From positions 118,856,001 to 118,920,000 of the forward strand of contig NC_058368.1 in assembly GCF_018350175.1 (NCBI RefSeq): DNA of 64,000 nt, given 5' to 3'. Position 1 is the stretch's first letter. Each line of letters opens with the position of its first letter. Under the pieces are notes generated by a model. That model searched no databases. It was not told where the DNA came from and saw only the letters and a list, made by a program, of their open reading frames with translations. A program made the position numbers and the translations under genes. This stretch comes from Felis catus (lineage: Eukaryota). Positions 39,655 through 52,487 of this stretch are shown here, piece after piece.

Positions 39655-39852
39655 TTTTATTCAAGTTAGTTAACATACAGTGTAGTCCTGGATTCAGGAG
39701 TAGAACCCAGTGATTCATCACTTACGTGTAACACCCGGTACTCATCTCAACAAGTGTCCTCCTTAATGCCCATCACACATTTAGCCCATCCCCCCACCCA
39801 CCTTCCCTCCGGCAACCCTCAGTTGGTTTTCTGTATTTAAGAGTCTCTTATG
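39655..39852 (-). mobile_element. Carnivore LINE-1 3'UTR fragment
   Basis: ttcaagttagttaacatacagtgtag, tgattcatcactta, gcaaccctcagtt..tatttaagagtctcttatg. Confidence 0.85.
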
Positions 39853-40030
39853 CTTTTTGTGTGGCTTTTTAAAATCTCTCCATTTAGAAGGCCTCCGAGC
39901 CAACCCCCCGCACCTGACTTTACTGACTTCCAGCCTTAATGGGGTTCGCATATACCAGAAACTTCACAATCCACCTTGAGAGACAAGAACCAAGTAGAGG
40001 AAAAATAAAACTCTTCAAAACACACACTAC

Positions 40031-40194
40031 CTTCCACTGCTCTTTTGAAGAATACTTTACAGCTTCCACAAGTCAAGACCCCGTAGTGACACCCCGAAGC
40101 TTCATCAGAGCACACAAGGCAGAGTTTGGGAGGTGGTCCCGTTGCCGCTGCAGAGCTGGATGGAGGAGAGCTTACATCTGGTCTCATTCCAGGG
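40031..40194 (-). CDS. NR3C1: Glucocorticoid receptor exon 3 (first zinc finger, P-box)
   Basis: 164 bp; acceptor cttcag| at 40195-40200, donor |GTAGTG at 40030-40025. Encodes (S)[55 protein letters not shown], including the GSCKV P-box. Confidence 0.99.
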
Positions 40195-40404
40195 CTGAAG
40201 GAGGAGAGAAAGCAGTGTCAGGATCCACTGTCATGACCTTCAAAGAAACATCGAACTACAGCTCTCTTACCTCCTCACTCCCTAGGGAGCATGTTCACAC
40301 TGAACTCTGGCTTCAAGTACTAGCAAGCATTACAACAGTCTATTCAAATATTTTCAAATCATGTTTTAATCTTCTTTTAGACAAAATTAAGAGTGAGGTA
40401 ACTT

Positions 40405-40631
40405 TAAAAAAAATTTTTTTTAAATATTTATTTTTGCGGGGGGGGGGGAGAGATAGAAGCAGAGTGCGAGTGGGGGAGGGGCAGAGAGAGAGGGAGACAC
40501 AGAATCCAAAGCAGGCTCCAGGCTCCGAGCCATCAGCACAGAGCCCGATGTGGGGCTTGAACCCACGAACCGTGACATCGTGACCTGAGCAGAAGTCAGA
40601 CGCTTAACTGACTGAGCCACCCAGACACCCC
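40405..40631 (-). mobile_element. CAN-SINE 210 bp upstream of exon 3
   Basis: TSD AAGAGTGAGGTAA(C/T)TT at 40389-40404 and 40632-40647. Confidence 0.93.
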
Positions 40632-41868
40632 AAGAGTGAGGTAATTTCCTTTTAAGCATTCCCTAAAAAGAATGATGAATACATGCTTCACTTTGAAACT
40701 GTCATCTGTAGTTGCGTAGCATTTGTTTACATTCATGATCACCTTTATAAAGGGGTCGCTTCCATATCATTCACCATTTTTAAGTGAACCATTTATGAGT
40801 TTGGCTAAACGGATAGTAGTGTAACTACCACCAGAATCCAGAGATAGTATAGACATCTGTCACCTCAAGAAGATGCGTCCTACCCCTTTAATTGTTTGGG
40901 ACATCAAGTTAATTTTTGTCATTTTAAGACCTTGTACAGGCCTCTCTCTAAACTCAGTGTCTAAATTCAGTCAATCCACGTCCTCCGCTAGAGTCAAAAC
41001 TTCATAGAGTATTCGAGTTTGGGCCTACATCTCTCAATCCCAACGCTGTCAGGTTTCTCATTATGGCCTACAAAGACTGATGCGAAACATCACTGTCTGT
41101 CACCTTCCTGTGTGGCTCACAGCAAGAATGGAAAGGGCAGTGGGCTTGCAACAGGAAGGAGCATTCTGTCCTCTGCACTGAGGCCGGGCGTGGCCTCAAG
41201 AAAAGGACAGGAAGCTGCTTCTCCTACCCCATCTTGTGTTTCATTTTGCAGACTTCTCACCACAGTGAGTGCTGCTGTTGTGTCTCTAAAGATGCTCTAG
41301 GTCCTAATTTGTTTTGAAACCTTTCAGCAAGCCCAAAAGCTCCCCTAAATCCTGTCCTCGGATGAAGCTACTGCACCTTGCCAGTCTTCCGTTCGAGAGG
41401 CTTTGTCAGGTGGACGGTGTTGCCATCACCCCAGTTCTGGGAACAGGCCTCAGGGTTTTACATGTTTTCTGAACATGGCCACAAAGTTCTGGATGCTTCC
41501 GTATCACAAGGTGTTGGTTCCCTGCTAGGTGGGGGACAGCGGACGATGGGAGAGGACAGAATGAAATGACCGTGCTGTAGGTCTGGCGTGAGCCACCCAT
41601 GATGAATGGAAGCTTGTGACTAACGCGGAGGAGCTGCTCTAGGCAGTATTTTTACAGAAAGGTAGGAAGGACTTGGTGTGAGTGAACAGAGCGATGTGTC
41701 AGGGAAGCAAAAACTTCCTTGGCTTGTGGCCTGAAGATGTGCCTATTCCTGCTCAGCCCATCTCTGTCATCTGACATCTATTTTTAGGGATCAACCAGTT
41801 GTTTATGGAAAATGAGTATAATATTTAAAGATCTGAAAGGTTACTTCTGAAATGCTTCCTCAACCAAT

Positions 41869-41911
41869 TATATATATACATATACATATACATATATATA
41901 TATTTATATAC
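41869..41911. repeat. (TA)n/(TACATA)n microsatellite
   Basis: Direct reading. Confidence 0.85.
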
Positions 41912-41976
41912 AATACTCACAAAAACATAGGCATATGTAAGTGTTTAAAAATTTTTTAAAATGGTACTTTGTAGTA

Positions 41977-42407
41977 AAGGCATACCTCACTGATACTACA
42001 GGTTTGGTTCCAGACCACAGACAGCAATAAAGTGAATATCGCAATAAAGCAAGTCAAATGACTTTTTTGGCTTCCCAGTGCACATAAAAGTTATATTTAC
42101 ACTGCTTTGCAGTCTGTTAAAGTCTGTAAGAGCTTTATATTTAAAAAAGAATGTGTATACCTTAGTCTAAAAATACTTCATCTGTGTTTTCAGCGAGTCG
42201 GAAATCACAGATCACGCTAACAATAATGAAAAAATATGAAATACCAAGAGAATTACCAAAATGTGACACAGACACACACATAATGAGCAGATGTTGTTAG
42301 AAAAATGGTGCTGACAGGCTTGCTTGAATTAGGGTTGGCACAAACCTTCAGTTGGTAAAAAACGCAAAGTGCAATAAAGGAAAGCACCATAAAACTAGGT
42401 GTGCCTG
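41977..42407. mobile_element. Tigger2a-like TcMar DNA transposon
   Basis: ~430 bp with terminal inverted repeats AGGCATACCT ... AGGTGTGCCTG; internal ggttccagaccac and gcaataaagtgaatatcgcaataaagc. Confidence 0.85.
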
Positions 42408-43979
42408 GACTTTGTAGCTGTGAAAACACTTTCGTGAGTAAAATCTCGTCTAGCCCCTCACCAGCCCCGTGACAGGATGGTATCACCTCCAGATGAGGCC
42501 AACGCAGTAAGAGGAGGGTGATCGGGGGGTCTATTTGCAGTCAAACTGACGTGCTTCAGATCCCTGCTCTCCCCATGGAAAGTCTGTGTGGCCCTGGGTT
42601 GCTGTCTACCACTTTGAGCCTCAGTTTCCTCATGAGTGGGAAGGACATCATCTGTGTGTGTGCTGTGAAAACAGGAGAACACACAAAATGTAGCATGTAG
42701 TTCCTGCATAGAACAAACACCCAATACATGTTCCTCCTTTCCTGTTTCAGAAAAACTAGAGATTTTATGAGACAGCATTATGTAAGTAGAAAGTTAGTAT
42801 TCAGCCTGAAACCCAGGATGGTAATCACAAATTCTAGCTTATAAATGAGAGCATTGGCAAAACGCATTCAGGCCACTCAACCATGAGCTACAGATGGCAA
42901 CAGGGAAAGCTAGGAACCAATGGACGGATGCAAGTGTAGCTGAGCATCTGTAATTTAAGTCAGCCTTTTGAAATCCCTTCAGTCATTCCAGGCTCCATCA
43001 GATAAGAACGGAGTACATGGAAAACTGCCAAGTATACCACAGACATCGGTGGGGAGAAATCCATTTCTGTCACACAAACACGAGGACTAGGATAGCCTAG
43101 GACGAACACCATTGGGGAATACGAATGAGTACGGCACAGTTGACAACCGCAAATGTGACCCTGTGCTACTGCTGAAGGGCTACAGGCCAACCAAACTGCT
43201 AGAACTACAAGGAAAATCATATGGAATCACCATCTTTTAATAAGGATACATGGCAAATACATGACAGAAAGAAAGAGAAAGCACACAGGAATGAGAGTGT
43301 ATATGACATCGCCTTGAATGGAAAAGCTGAAAAGTCTGGGGTCTTCGATCAGTGTGTGCGGACGGCTGTGCCAAACTTGGAAGACAGTAAGAGGTTCCAT
43401 TATGAACTGACCACATCCACGGTGAGTGGAGACTCAGGAACAAAATGCCTTGTTCCAAGTGAACACTCAAATGCTGTTCCCCACTTACAGTGGACAGTGT
43501 GCTAAACACCAGCTTACTCCTGAGGCAACGGAGTTTCCGTGAGAGTTGAGAAAGAAAAAACAAACAAAAAACAACACATTCAAAGCTGGGTTTTTCTGTC
43601 AAGTTCTACAAGAAAAGCAAGTGCTGAGAGGGGGCTCCCGGACGGATAGTCATGGATGGACTGTGAGAATTCATCCCACCCCTCGAGGAGCTTATAAAAT
43701 GTACAGGTAAATGACATCCTTTCATTTAGCACGTGCTCACGAATCCGGATTGTCAGGTGTTGTGACGACACAGAAGTCACTTCATGTATGTAAGTCTTAT
43801 TATGCGTGGAATACATCACTGAAATAACGAACCTTGAAACGCTTGTCAATATTTTTTACCTGCCTCCTGTGACATGGGGCCACCTGGAGGATCTCAGGTG
43901 AAGGCAAGTGCCACAAATACCCTTCCCTCTGAGCCAGCTGAGGGTTAATGATCCTCCAAGAGCTTGAGTTCAGGTAAAT

Positions 43980-44613
43980 GTAGATACTCTTTGTGATTCT
44001 ACCCCAAAATAAAACATTCTGGTTTTTTAAAGGTCAGTACTGCAGTGCAGAATCTGAAGCCCTATCAGTGAACTTTTTGAAACACTGTTACATTAAAATC
44101 CATCTGTCTGTCTTGTGCTTCGAATGGTCCTTTTACCCGTGCATGATTTTCTACTATCCTGCATTAGTCATTTGGAAAATATTGGTTCACTGAGTTGGGC
44201 AGATTTTCTAAATGTTGACCAGTCCATTATACAATATAACAGTCACATCTATCAAGCTCATAGTGGCAGACATAAGTCTTTCAAAGTTCTAAACTGTCTT
44301 CCTTCAAGTGATAAGCTCACATCAATCATTTTTGAGATAACATCTGGCAAACACCAAAGGCTAAAAACCATAGTTTATCCATGGTATGTCATGAAAAAGG
44401 TGGCTTGTTCAATGTGCAACATAAACAGTCTTACACCTACTCCTCTTTGACACAAACCTAAATGCTATGTGCAGCGTAAGTACGTAATAAGCTTCAAGCA
44501 CCTTCCCATTTTGTCACACAGATAGTAAAAGGACGTTGTCAAAGGTGGAGATTTAAAAGAATATTTTGCTTCCTCAAGGATATCCTTTTTTTTAAAAAAA
44601 AAAAAACTTTTTT

Positions 44614-44655
<42 letters not shown>

Positions 44656-45040
44656 TGAATGAATATATATATATCCCCAAGCAGGATCCTTGCTGTCAGC
44701 ACAGAGCCTGACACAGGGCTCAAATCCACGAACCATGAGACCTTGACCTGAACAGAAACCAAGAGTCAGATGCTCAACTGACTAAGCCACACAGGAACCC
44801 CTCAAAGATATTCTTAAGTGGAATTGGCTTTCCTTAACTTGGAAGTGCAAGGCAGTGAGTACACTTACTACTGTACCCTATGAGGCCAGCAGTTTTACTC
44901 TCATTACTTTTGTACCATCTCTGCAAATGCCAACACAGTGAGAAAGGCAAATGAAGACTGTATATTTTTATTAATGTACTTCTGAAAGGGTCCTGGGGAC
45001 ACCCAAGTGTCCATGGACTACATTCTGAGAATTGCTGTTA
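43980..45040. mobile_element. Charlie1-like hAT transposon fragment (interrupted by SINE)
   Basis: catttggaaaatattggttcactgagtt; cttcccattttgtcacacag; tgcaaatgccaacacagtgagaaaggcaaat; terminus tgagaattgctg. Confidence 0.75.
44585..44801 (-). mobile_element. CAN-SINE with (GA)n
   Basis: Flanking tcaa(g/a)gatat repeat; typical body. Confidence 0.88.
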
Positions 45041-45321
45041 CAGAGAATAGTAAGGACTCTAAGTCAGGCAGGCTAGAATTCATAACCTAACTGCAGTGTA
45101 GTAGCTTGGTGACCTTTTAATCTCTCTAAATCTCAATTGCCCTATTTCTAAATGGGGACTGTAATGTACCTGGCAAGATGATACAGTATTGCTTAGTAGA
45201 GGCTTTCTCCCAAAGACAAAGAAGCAGAGATGATAAACATTACAAATCCAAATGGTGCTGTTGGTTTAGCCTCCAAGTTAAGTGAATTAAATCAATGAAA
45301 TGCAAGGAACCCATTTGCAGG

Positions 45322-45364
45322 AAAACAAAACAAAACAAAACAAAACAAAACAAAACAAAACAAA
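45322..45364. repeat. (AAAAC)n microsatellite
   Basis: About 8 units, direct reading. Confidence 0.95.
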
Positions 45365-45492
45365 GCAAAAAGGGTATCACCTCAGAAAACAAGTATAATT
45401 AACATGGGGAAAAATCCTGAAAATAAAACTGGATTAATTTTTATCAAGTACACATGGAACAGGTGTTTTCTCATTGGCCAAATATTGTAAAC

Positions 45493-45722
45493 CAGTGGTT
45501 CTTTGCTCCCGGGGAAGAGGGGTGTGTGTAGGTGGGTGGGGGGAACACTTGGTAATGGGTGGAGACATCTGTGATTGTCAAACTGAGGAAATGCTGCTGA
45601 CAGCTAATGACAAAAGACTGGAGTGCTGGTCCACCCACATGCCATGGGTACACAGGACAATCCCCCACAACAAAGAGTTACCCAGAGTCGACTGTCAATA
45701 ATGCTAAGGTTAAGAACCCTTG
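45493..45722. mobile_element. MER20-like hAT transposon
   Basis: cagtggttct start; tggagacat..gattgtca; cacaggaca.tcccccacaacaaagagtta; gctaaggttaagaaccct end. Confidence 0.85.
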
Positions 45723-48700
45723 CTATACATAAAGCTTTAGGCAACACAGAGAAGAAAACAATCCAACAAGGTCCAGAAACAGGTTTTAAAACCTTTGAAC
45801 TATCTTTAAAGGAGGCAAGTGTCCTACTGAAACAGGCTTAAATATTCTTTGATTCAAGATGAGTCCAAAAAGAGATTCAAAACAGAGCTGACACCAGGGA
45901 CTACAGAGGTCTAGTGATTACTTTGAGTCAGTAATGTATTTATCCCTCTAGGGCTAGCCTGAAAACGTGGTTTTTACACATTAAAATCACCTGCATTTTT
46001 CTTATCTTTTTTCATTAGGCAAAATGTAAATACTCAGCTGCACACACCAGGTGATTATGTTTTCTGACTGTCCATTTATCCCTGCATTAGCTAAAGGATT
46101 ACTGATTTGTCTGATAATAAGCTATGGAATAGTTTTTAAATCAAACAGAAAAATACTCTGAGGCAAGGCTTTCGTGATATTTCTGTTAAACGGTTCTACC
46201 AGAACACATGTTCTTGAAGAAGTCGAAGAAACACCGATTATTCTCTGCTTTGCATTTGTTCAGAGAGGTTTCTAACTTGTTTTAGCTTTACGTGCATATT
46301 AAGACAGTTCCCCCAAACCATGCATCATTTATCCTCACTCATCTTAGGGAGAAGGTTAGACAACACAAACTCTAATAAGACAGGAACATTTTCAGTAAAG
46401 GGTAAATGAAGGAGGAAATGCCTTTTTCACATCTCTGAGACACCAAGGGCCTGTCACCTAATGTCTCTGGGCTTAGTTTCTGTCTGTAAAATGAAGGTCT
46501 TCCATCAATAGACTCCAAGAACTTGTCCACATTTCCCAAGGTGGCACAGGGGGTATAGGCAGGGAAGAATACATTTGGGCCTCCAAAAGGCTTCTTTGGT
46601 CCTGTGTATTTATTTCTATGAAGAGAGAACATGGTTACCTTATCTGAACTTGTTTTGTAAAGTCTGATCTAACGTGTTTCACAGAAGAAATGTATTTCTT
46701 TCTCTTTGGAAGGATCAGTCCTCAGTCTGGTCACTGTATTAGCTAACTTGAGATCTTAGGCTGCAAGTCCTCCCCTCTGTTTGCTCAGGCCTGCATTAGG
46801 GGACATGAATTTTAACACGTACTGATGCTGTGGAGTGAGGATGTGTGTTCCTCACTTCTTGAGAGCACACAAGGATAATTATGGTTTGATACACATGGAG
46901 TTAGGAATGCTACATCTTTCAGGAATACAAGAACATGTCTGAGACAATGGTACGCTCACTACCTTCTTCTAATGTATGTCCCACTATATATCTAGGGGTG
47001 AAACTGATGGCTGTGGAGCTGTGGTTCTGAGCTCAAATCTCACCTGTAATGTTTTTCCGTCTTTTCAAGACTTGATTTTTCACAGACGTTGATCCAGTAG
47101 GTATCCTACGTGGCAAGTCCATAGCTGAACGCCATTGTTATTACAATTATTTGTGACCCCATGTAAGCTTGAGTTTAAGCTGGTACCAGCATCTTTGGGA
47201 ACTGTCTCGGGTTTCAGTAATGTACGTCTAGCTTGCAAGATTAAGTAGACTTTATCAGCTACGGTCTACCTGGGGTTTGTAGTTTAATTTAGAATTGTGG
47301 TAAACTGATGATTTGTATTTGTCTTCATTTTACATTAGTTTTAAGTATTTTTGATTATGGAATTTTTGATTATGGAATCTGGGGTTGCAATGATATATAA
47401 CGAAAGGGAGCAAATTCCCTGTGCGTGCTTCCAATCAGGATATGCAAATCCAGATTTTTGTCCAAGTAAGGGTTGCCAAATAGAGGGAAATAGGGAAAAA
47501 CAGCTGCCTTAAAATTGTGCAACAGTGTATTGTTGGACTAAATTTTCAAAGGATCCACAAATTCATACTTCTCATTCTGTACAATGAACACAATTCCTAA
47601 ATCCTTACAAAGATGTTTTGTAAAATCACACAAATTCAGAGCAGCTGGGTCCTTATTCAACTTTATATTAGTATAAAGGAAGGAACAAAACACTCAGAAC
47701 CAACCTCAATTTGATCTATGGCCACACACTTCCTCCCTGACCTCAGCCAAAAGTCAAGGATTGATTCTTCAATTCTCAGGTTCTTTTATTACTGTGAAAA
47801 CGTCTTGGTTTCTCTGTCATGCCCGTCTACCCGATGGATGTTTTTTGGTTTTTTGTTTTTTGGCTATATGCATTTCCCTTGGGTTTTGGTGATGATGGTC
47901 TCACTTCACACCCTGGTTTCTAAACATCCACTGAAATAGCTTAGAGGAATAATTCTAAGTATTGAATTAATAGCAAAAAGAATGGGAAACTTATCTCCTG
48001 AAGAGGATGGAAGACAGAAGAAGTCTTATCAGGCAGGCAGACGGAAACTTTAAGATGAGAGGTTCTTAGGAGGGGACACAAAACACTCCCATCATAGTAA
48101 TGACTACAGGGTACACTAGTTAAGTGATATTTTAATTCTACATGCCAAACTCCATGGCTAGGAACTTTAATAAATACATGACCTCTAATAATCCTTCCTC
48201 CTAGTCCATTTTACGGATGACAGTTAAACCATTTGTCTGCCCATAGTCACATGAGGAAAACCTGGATGTGAATTCAGCATTGCCTTATTCCAAAACCTGT
48301 GTTCCTTACCTTCCTAACTGTGCTGCCTGGCAGGGACCTGCAGGGTAATATCCATTCAAGCTTGACAGAATTTTGTAAAACTTGTGTGAGTCATCAAGTA
48401 GATCGTCTTGAGGTAGGGTTAAACTTTAAAAATAATTTCTGATTTTCTCTCTTCTATCATTACTATCACAGTAGAATAGAAATTGCCTATAATTAAGACA
48501 TTCGAGGGGCAGGAGGAGTAGGGGATCCTGGGCTCATGTCCTCCCTTGGACACACCAAAGTGTGCACCTACAAGTGGAACAAGTATCTCAGAGTGAACTA
48601 AAGACAAGCAGAAAAGATCATACCCAACTAAGGATGGGAGCCAATGTGAGATATATAGGAGGTGCAGACACAGTTTAGTCAGGACCTGCATGCTTAGTGG

Positions 48701-48880
48701 GGAGGCCCACAAGTGGGAGGGATATCACAACCACAGAGGCCTCACTGACGAAGGAGGGGTCTGAGCCCCACACCAGTCTCCACTGCTCAGGCGAATGGCA
48801 CCAACAATAACAAGCTTTGAAAAGCAATGGGGTTTACAGCCAAGGGAGCCAGAGGACAGTAGGAAATAGAGACTCCACTC

Positions 48881-49097
48881 TTTTTTTTTTTTTTAGAAAG
48901 TGTTTATCTATTTATTTATTTTGAAAGACAGAGCATGTGTATAGGGGAGGGGACAGAGAGAAAAGAGAGAGAGAATCCCAAGCAAGCTCTGCAGCATGTA
49001 GCGCAATGCAGGGCTCCAACACACAAACCGATGAGATCATGACCTGAGCTAAAATCAAGAGTTGGACCCTTAACTGACTGAGCCACCCAGGCGCCCC
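48881..49097 (-). mobile_element. CAN-SINE in L1 5'UTR
   Basis: TSD gactccactctt on both sides. Confidence 0.9.
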
Positions 49098-51180
49098 TAG
49101 GGACTCCACTCTTAAAGAGCATGTGTGCATTCTCACTTGTGTGGAAGCCCAGTGCAGAGGCAGCAGTTTGAAAAGCACCTGGGTTACATGTGAAGGAAGT
49201 ACTTTCACTAATGGCTGGGGTGTGTGCCAGAGAGACAGGGATCACTTGGAGCATTCCCCAGGGACAGTGGCCCTGGTGGGCACCATTTTGTTCTTGTCAA
49301 TTCTACCCAGCTGGACCAGCATTGGTGGGCACCATTTCTAATACTTTCTATCTATCGTGCTAGCACCATAACTAGCACCTATGTTATACCCCAGTGTTTC
49401 TGGGGAAACATAGCCCCAGTGTTTCTCTGTGAACTCACTCCATCCAACCAACTTGGAGCCCTTCCCAGGAGGCTTACCACCCCATGTCTCCAGCAGGTAC
49501 TACAGCTCCTCCCAAGCATCCTGCCCTGGGGTGCCAGCCCAGCAAACTAAAATACTTACAACAGGTGTAGCCAGCTGTGCAGGAGGCCTGCCCTGCCTAC
49601 CAGCCTGGCCATACTGCTGCCATCGGGCATTGCAGTCAGCTCCTGCAGCCAGCCCCACACACATCAGCAAGTCCATATGGATTGGGACCGACCACAACAG
49701 GAGGTATACACAGCCCACCCAGGCATCAGTCCTTGGGCACCTGGCTCAGGTGACCAGAGCATGTTAGGCTCCTGGGCCTCACAGGACACCTTCTGCATAA
49801 AGCCACTCCTTCAAGACTAATAGATGTAACTGATCTAGTACCACATAGAGAGGTAGGCAAAATGAGGACACAGAGGAGTATGTTGCAAATGAAAGAACAA
49901 GATAGAAACTCAGAAAAAAAAAAACTTAAATGGAACAGAGATAAGCAACCTACCAAATAAGGAATTCCGAGTAATGCTTATGAAGATATTAACTAAAGAG
50001 ATGAATGGATAAACACAGAACTTCAACAAAGAAACAGAAAACATAAAAAAGAACCATTCAGAGCCAAAGAATAACTGAAATGAAAAATATACTAGAAGGA
50101 ATCAGCAGCGTATAGGATAATGCACAAGAAGGGATCACTGATCCTAGAAAGATTAGTGGAAATCACCCAACAGAAACAGCACAGAAAGAAATTTAAAAAG
50201 CAGGAAAGTTTAAGACTATCCTCTAGGATGACATCAAACATACTAACATTTGCATTGTAGGGGCCTAGGAGAAGAGAGAAATTCTGAGACAAAACCTATC
50301 TGAGGAAATAATGGCTGAAAACCTCCCTAACCTGGTGAAAGAAACCTGTATCTAAGTCCGGAAACTGACAATCCCAAATGAGGTGGACCCAAGAGACCCA
50401 TATCATGACACTTTACAGAGAATCTTCAAAGTGGTGAGAGAAAACTTGTTATATACAAGGGAACCCATGTAAGACTATCTGCAGATTTTTCAGCATAAAC
50501 TTTACAGGCCAGAAGGGAGTGGTATTAAAATATTCAAAATACTAAAAGGAAAAAAATATACAACCGAGAATATTGTACCAGGCAAGATTATCATTCCAAA
50601 TTGAAGATGAAATAAGGAGTTTTCCAGAAAAGCAAAAGCTAAAGACGTTCATCAACACCAAACTGGCCTTCCAATAAATGTTAAAGGGACTTCCTTAAGT
50701 GGAAAAGAAAAGGCGGTAACTAGGAATAAGGAAATTATGGGGCAAAAAAAGCCCCTCTCACTGGTAAAGGTAAACATATAGTAAGGGTAGTGGATCAACC
50801 ACTTCCATAGCTAGTATGAAGGTTAAAAGACAAGAAGAGTAAAATCATCTAGACCTACAGTACTTAGTCTGACAGTGCAAACATAAAAGAGAGATAAAAA
50901 AGGTAGTGTTTTAGAACATGCTTGAACTTAAGTGACCATCAACCTAAAAGAGACTGCTGTATACAGAAGATCTTATATATGAACTTCCTGATAACCACAG
51001 ACCAAATACCTACCATAGATACACAAAAAATAAAGAGGCAGGAAATCAAACATAACACTAGGGGAAGTCACCAAATCACAAGGAAAAGAACAAGAGAAGA
51101 AGAAAAGAGCAGGGAACTATCAAAACAACTGGAAACAATGAACGAAGTGGCAATACATACTTACTTCCTCAATAACTATC

Positions 51181-51197
51181 TTTTTTAATGTTTATTT

Positions 51198-51234
<37 letters not shown>

Positions 51235-51339
51235 AGCAAGCATGCGTGAGTGCCCCATGTGGGGCTCCAACTCACAAACTGTGAGATATGACCTGAACTC
51301 AAGTCGGATACTCAATTGACTGAGCCACCCAGGTACCCC
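51181..51339 (-). mobile_element. Short CAN-SINE in L1, with (GA)n
   Basis: Flanking aataactat repeat. Confidence 0.88.
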
Positions 51340-52313
51340 TATTAATAACTATGTTAAATAGACTTAATGCTCTGATCAAAAGACACAAAGTAGCTGAATG
51401 GATTAAAACAAAAAACAAAAAACCAAAAAGACCCATCTGTGTGAGTCCATGGAAATGGAAAGAAAGTCAGGGAGCAATACTTAAGTCAGACAAAATAGAC
51501 TTTAAAACAAAGAGTGTAAAAAAAGGACATTACATAATGATAAAGGGATCTATCCAACAAACAGGTATAACACTTGTAAGTATCTGCACCCAACCGAAGG
51601 TCAGTCACCTAAAGGAACAAAGCAATTACTAACAGACATAAAGGGAGAAGTTGACAATAATCCATTAATAGTAAGGGAGTTTAACACCTTACTTACATCA
51701 ATAAATAGATCACCCAGACAGAAAATCAATAAGGAAACACTGGCCTTAAATGACACATTAGACCAGATGGACTTAACAGACAGATACAGAATGCTCCATC
51801 CAACACCAGAAGAATATGTATTCTTTTCAGTTTCACATGGAATATTCTCTAGGACAGATCACCTGTTAGGCTACAAAACAAGACGCAATAAATTTTAAAA
51901 GACTGCATCATAACAAGCGTCTTTTCACAATGGTAGGAAACTAGAAATCAATTATAAGAAGAAAAGTGCAAAAAACCCCACAAACCCATGGAGGCTGAAC
52001 AACATGGTACTCAACAACCAATGAATCAAAGAAGAAATCAAAGAAGAAATAAAAAACATCTTGAGACAAATGAAAATGGAAACACAGCAGTCCAAAACCT
52101 ATGGTCACAACAAAAGCAGATCTAAAATGTATATAGCAATACAGGACTACTTCAAAAAGAAAAATTTCAAACAAACAATCTCACTTTACGCATGAAGGAA
52201 ATAAAATCAAAAGAACAAACGAAGCCCTAAGATAGTAGAAGAAAGAAAATATATTAAAGATCAGAGTGGATATAAATGAAATAGGGACAAAAAAGCAATA
52301 GAAAGAACAATGT

Positions 52314-52487
52314 GGGGTGCCTGGGTGGCTCAGGTGGTTAAGTCTCCAACTGTTGATCTTAGCTCAGGTCTTGATCTCAGGTCATGAGTTCAAGCCCCGC
52401 ATTGGGCTCTACACTGGACATGCAGCCTATTTGATGACTTTTAGCCAGCATTATCATCATCAAAAAAAAAAAAAAAAAAAAAAAAAA
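52314..52487 (+). mobile_element. CAN-SINE-like insert in L1 ORF2
   Basis: GGGGTGCCTGGGTGGCTCAG head; long poly(A) at 52462-52487. Confidence 0.85.

Noticed and set aside
39939..40583. 214-aa + strand ORF, the longest in the track
   Set aside because: Antisense to exon 3 and runs into a SINE, begins at a non-initiating context, no recognisable domain; shadow ORF.
47347..47376. 15-bp perfect tandem duplication ATTTTTGATTATGGA x2
   Set aside because: Ordinary slippage-type microduplication in intron 2.
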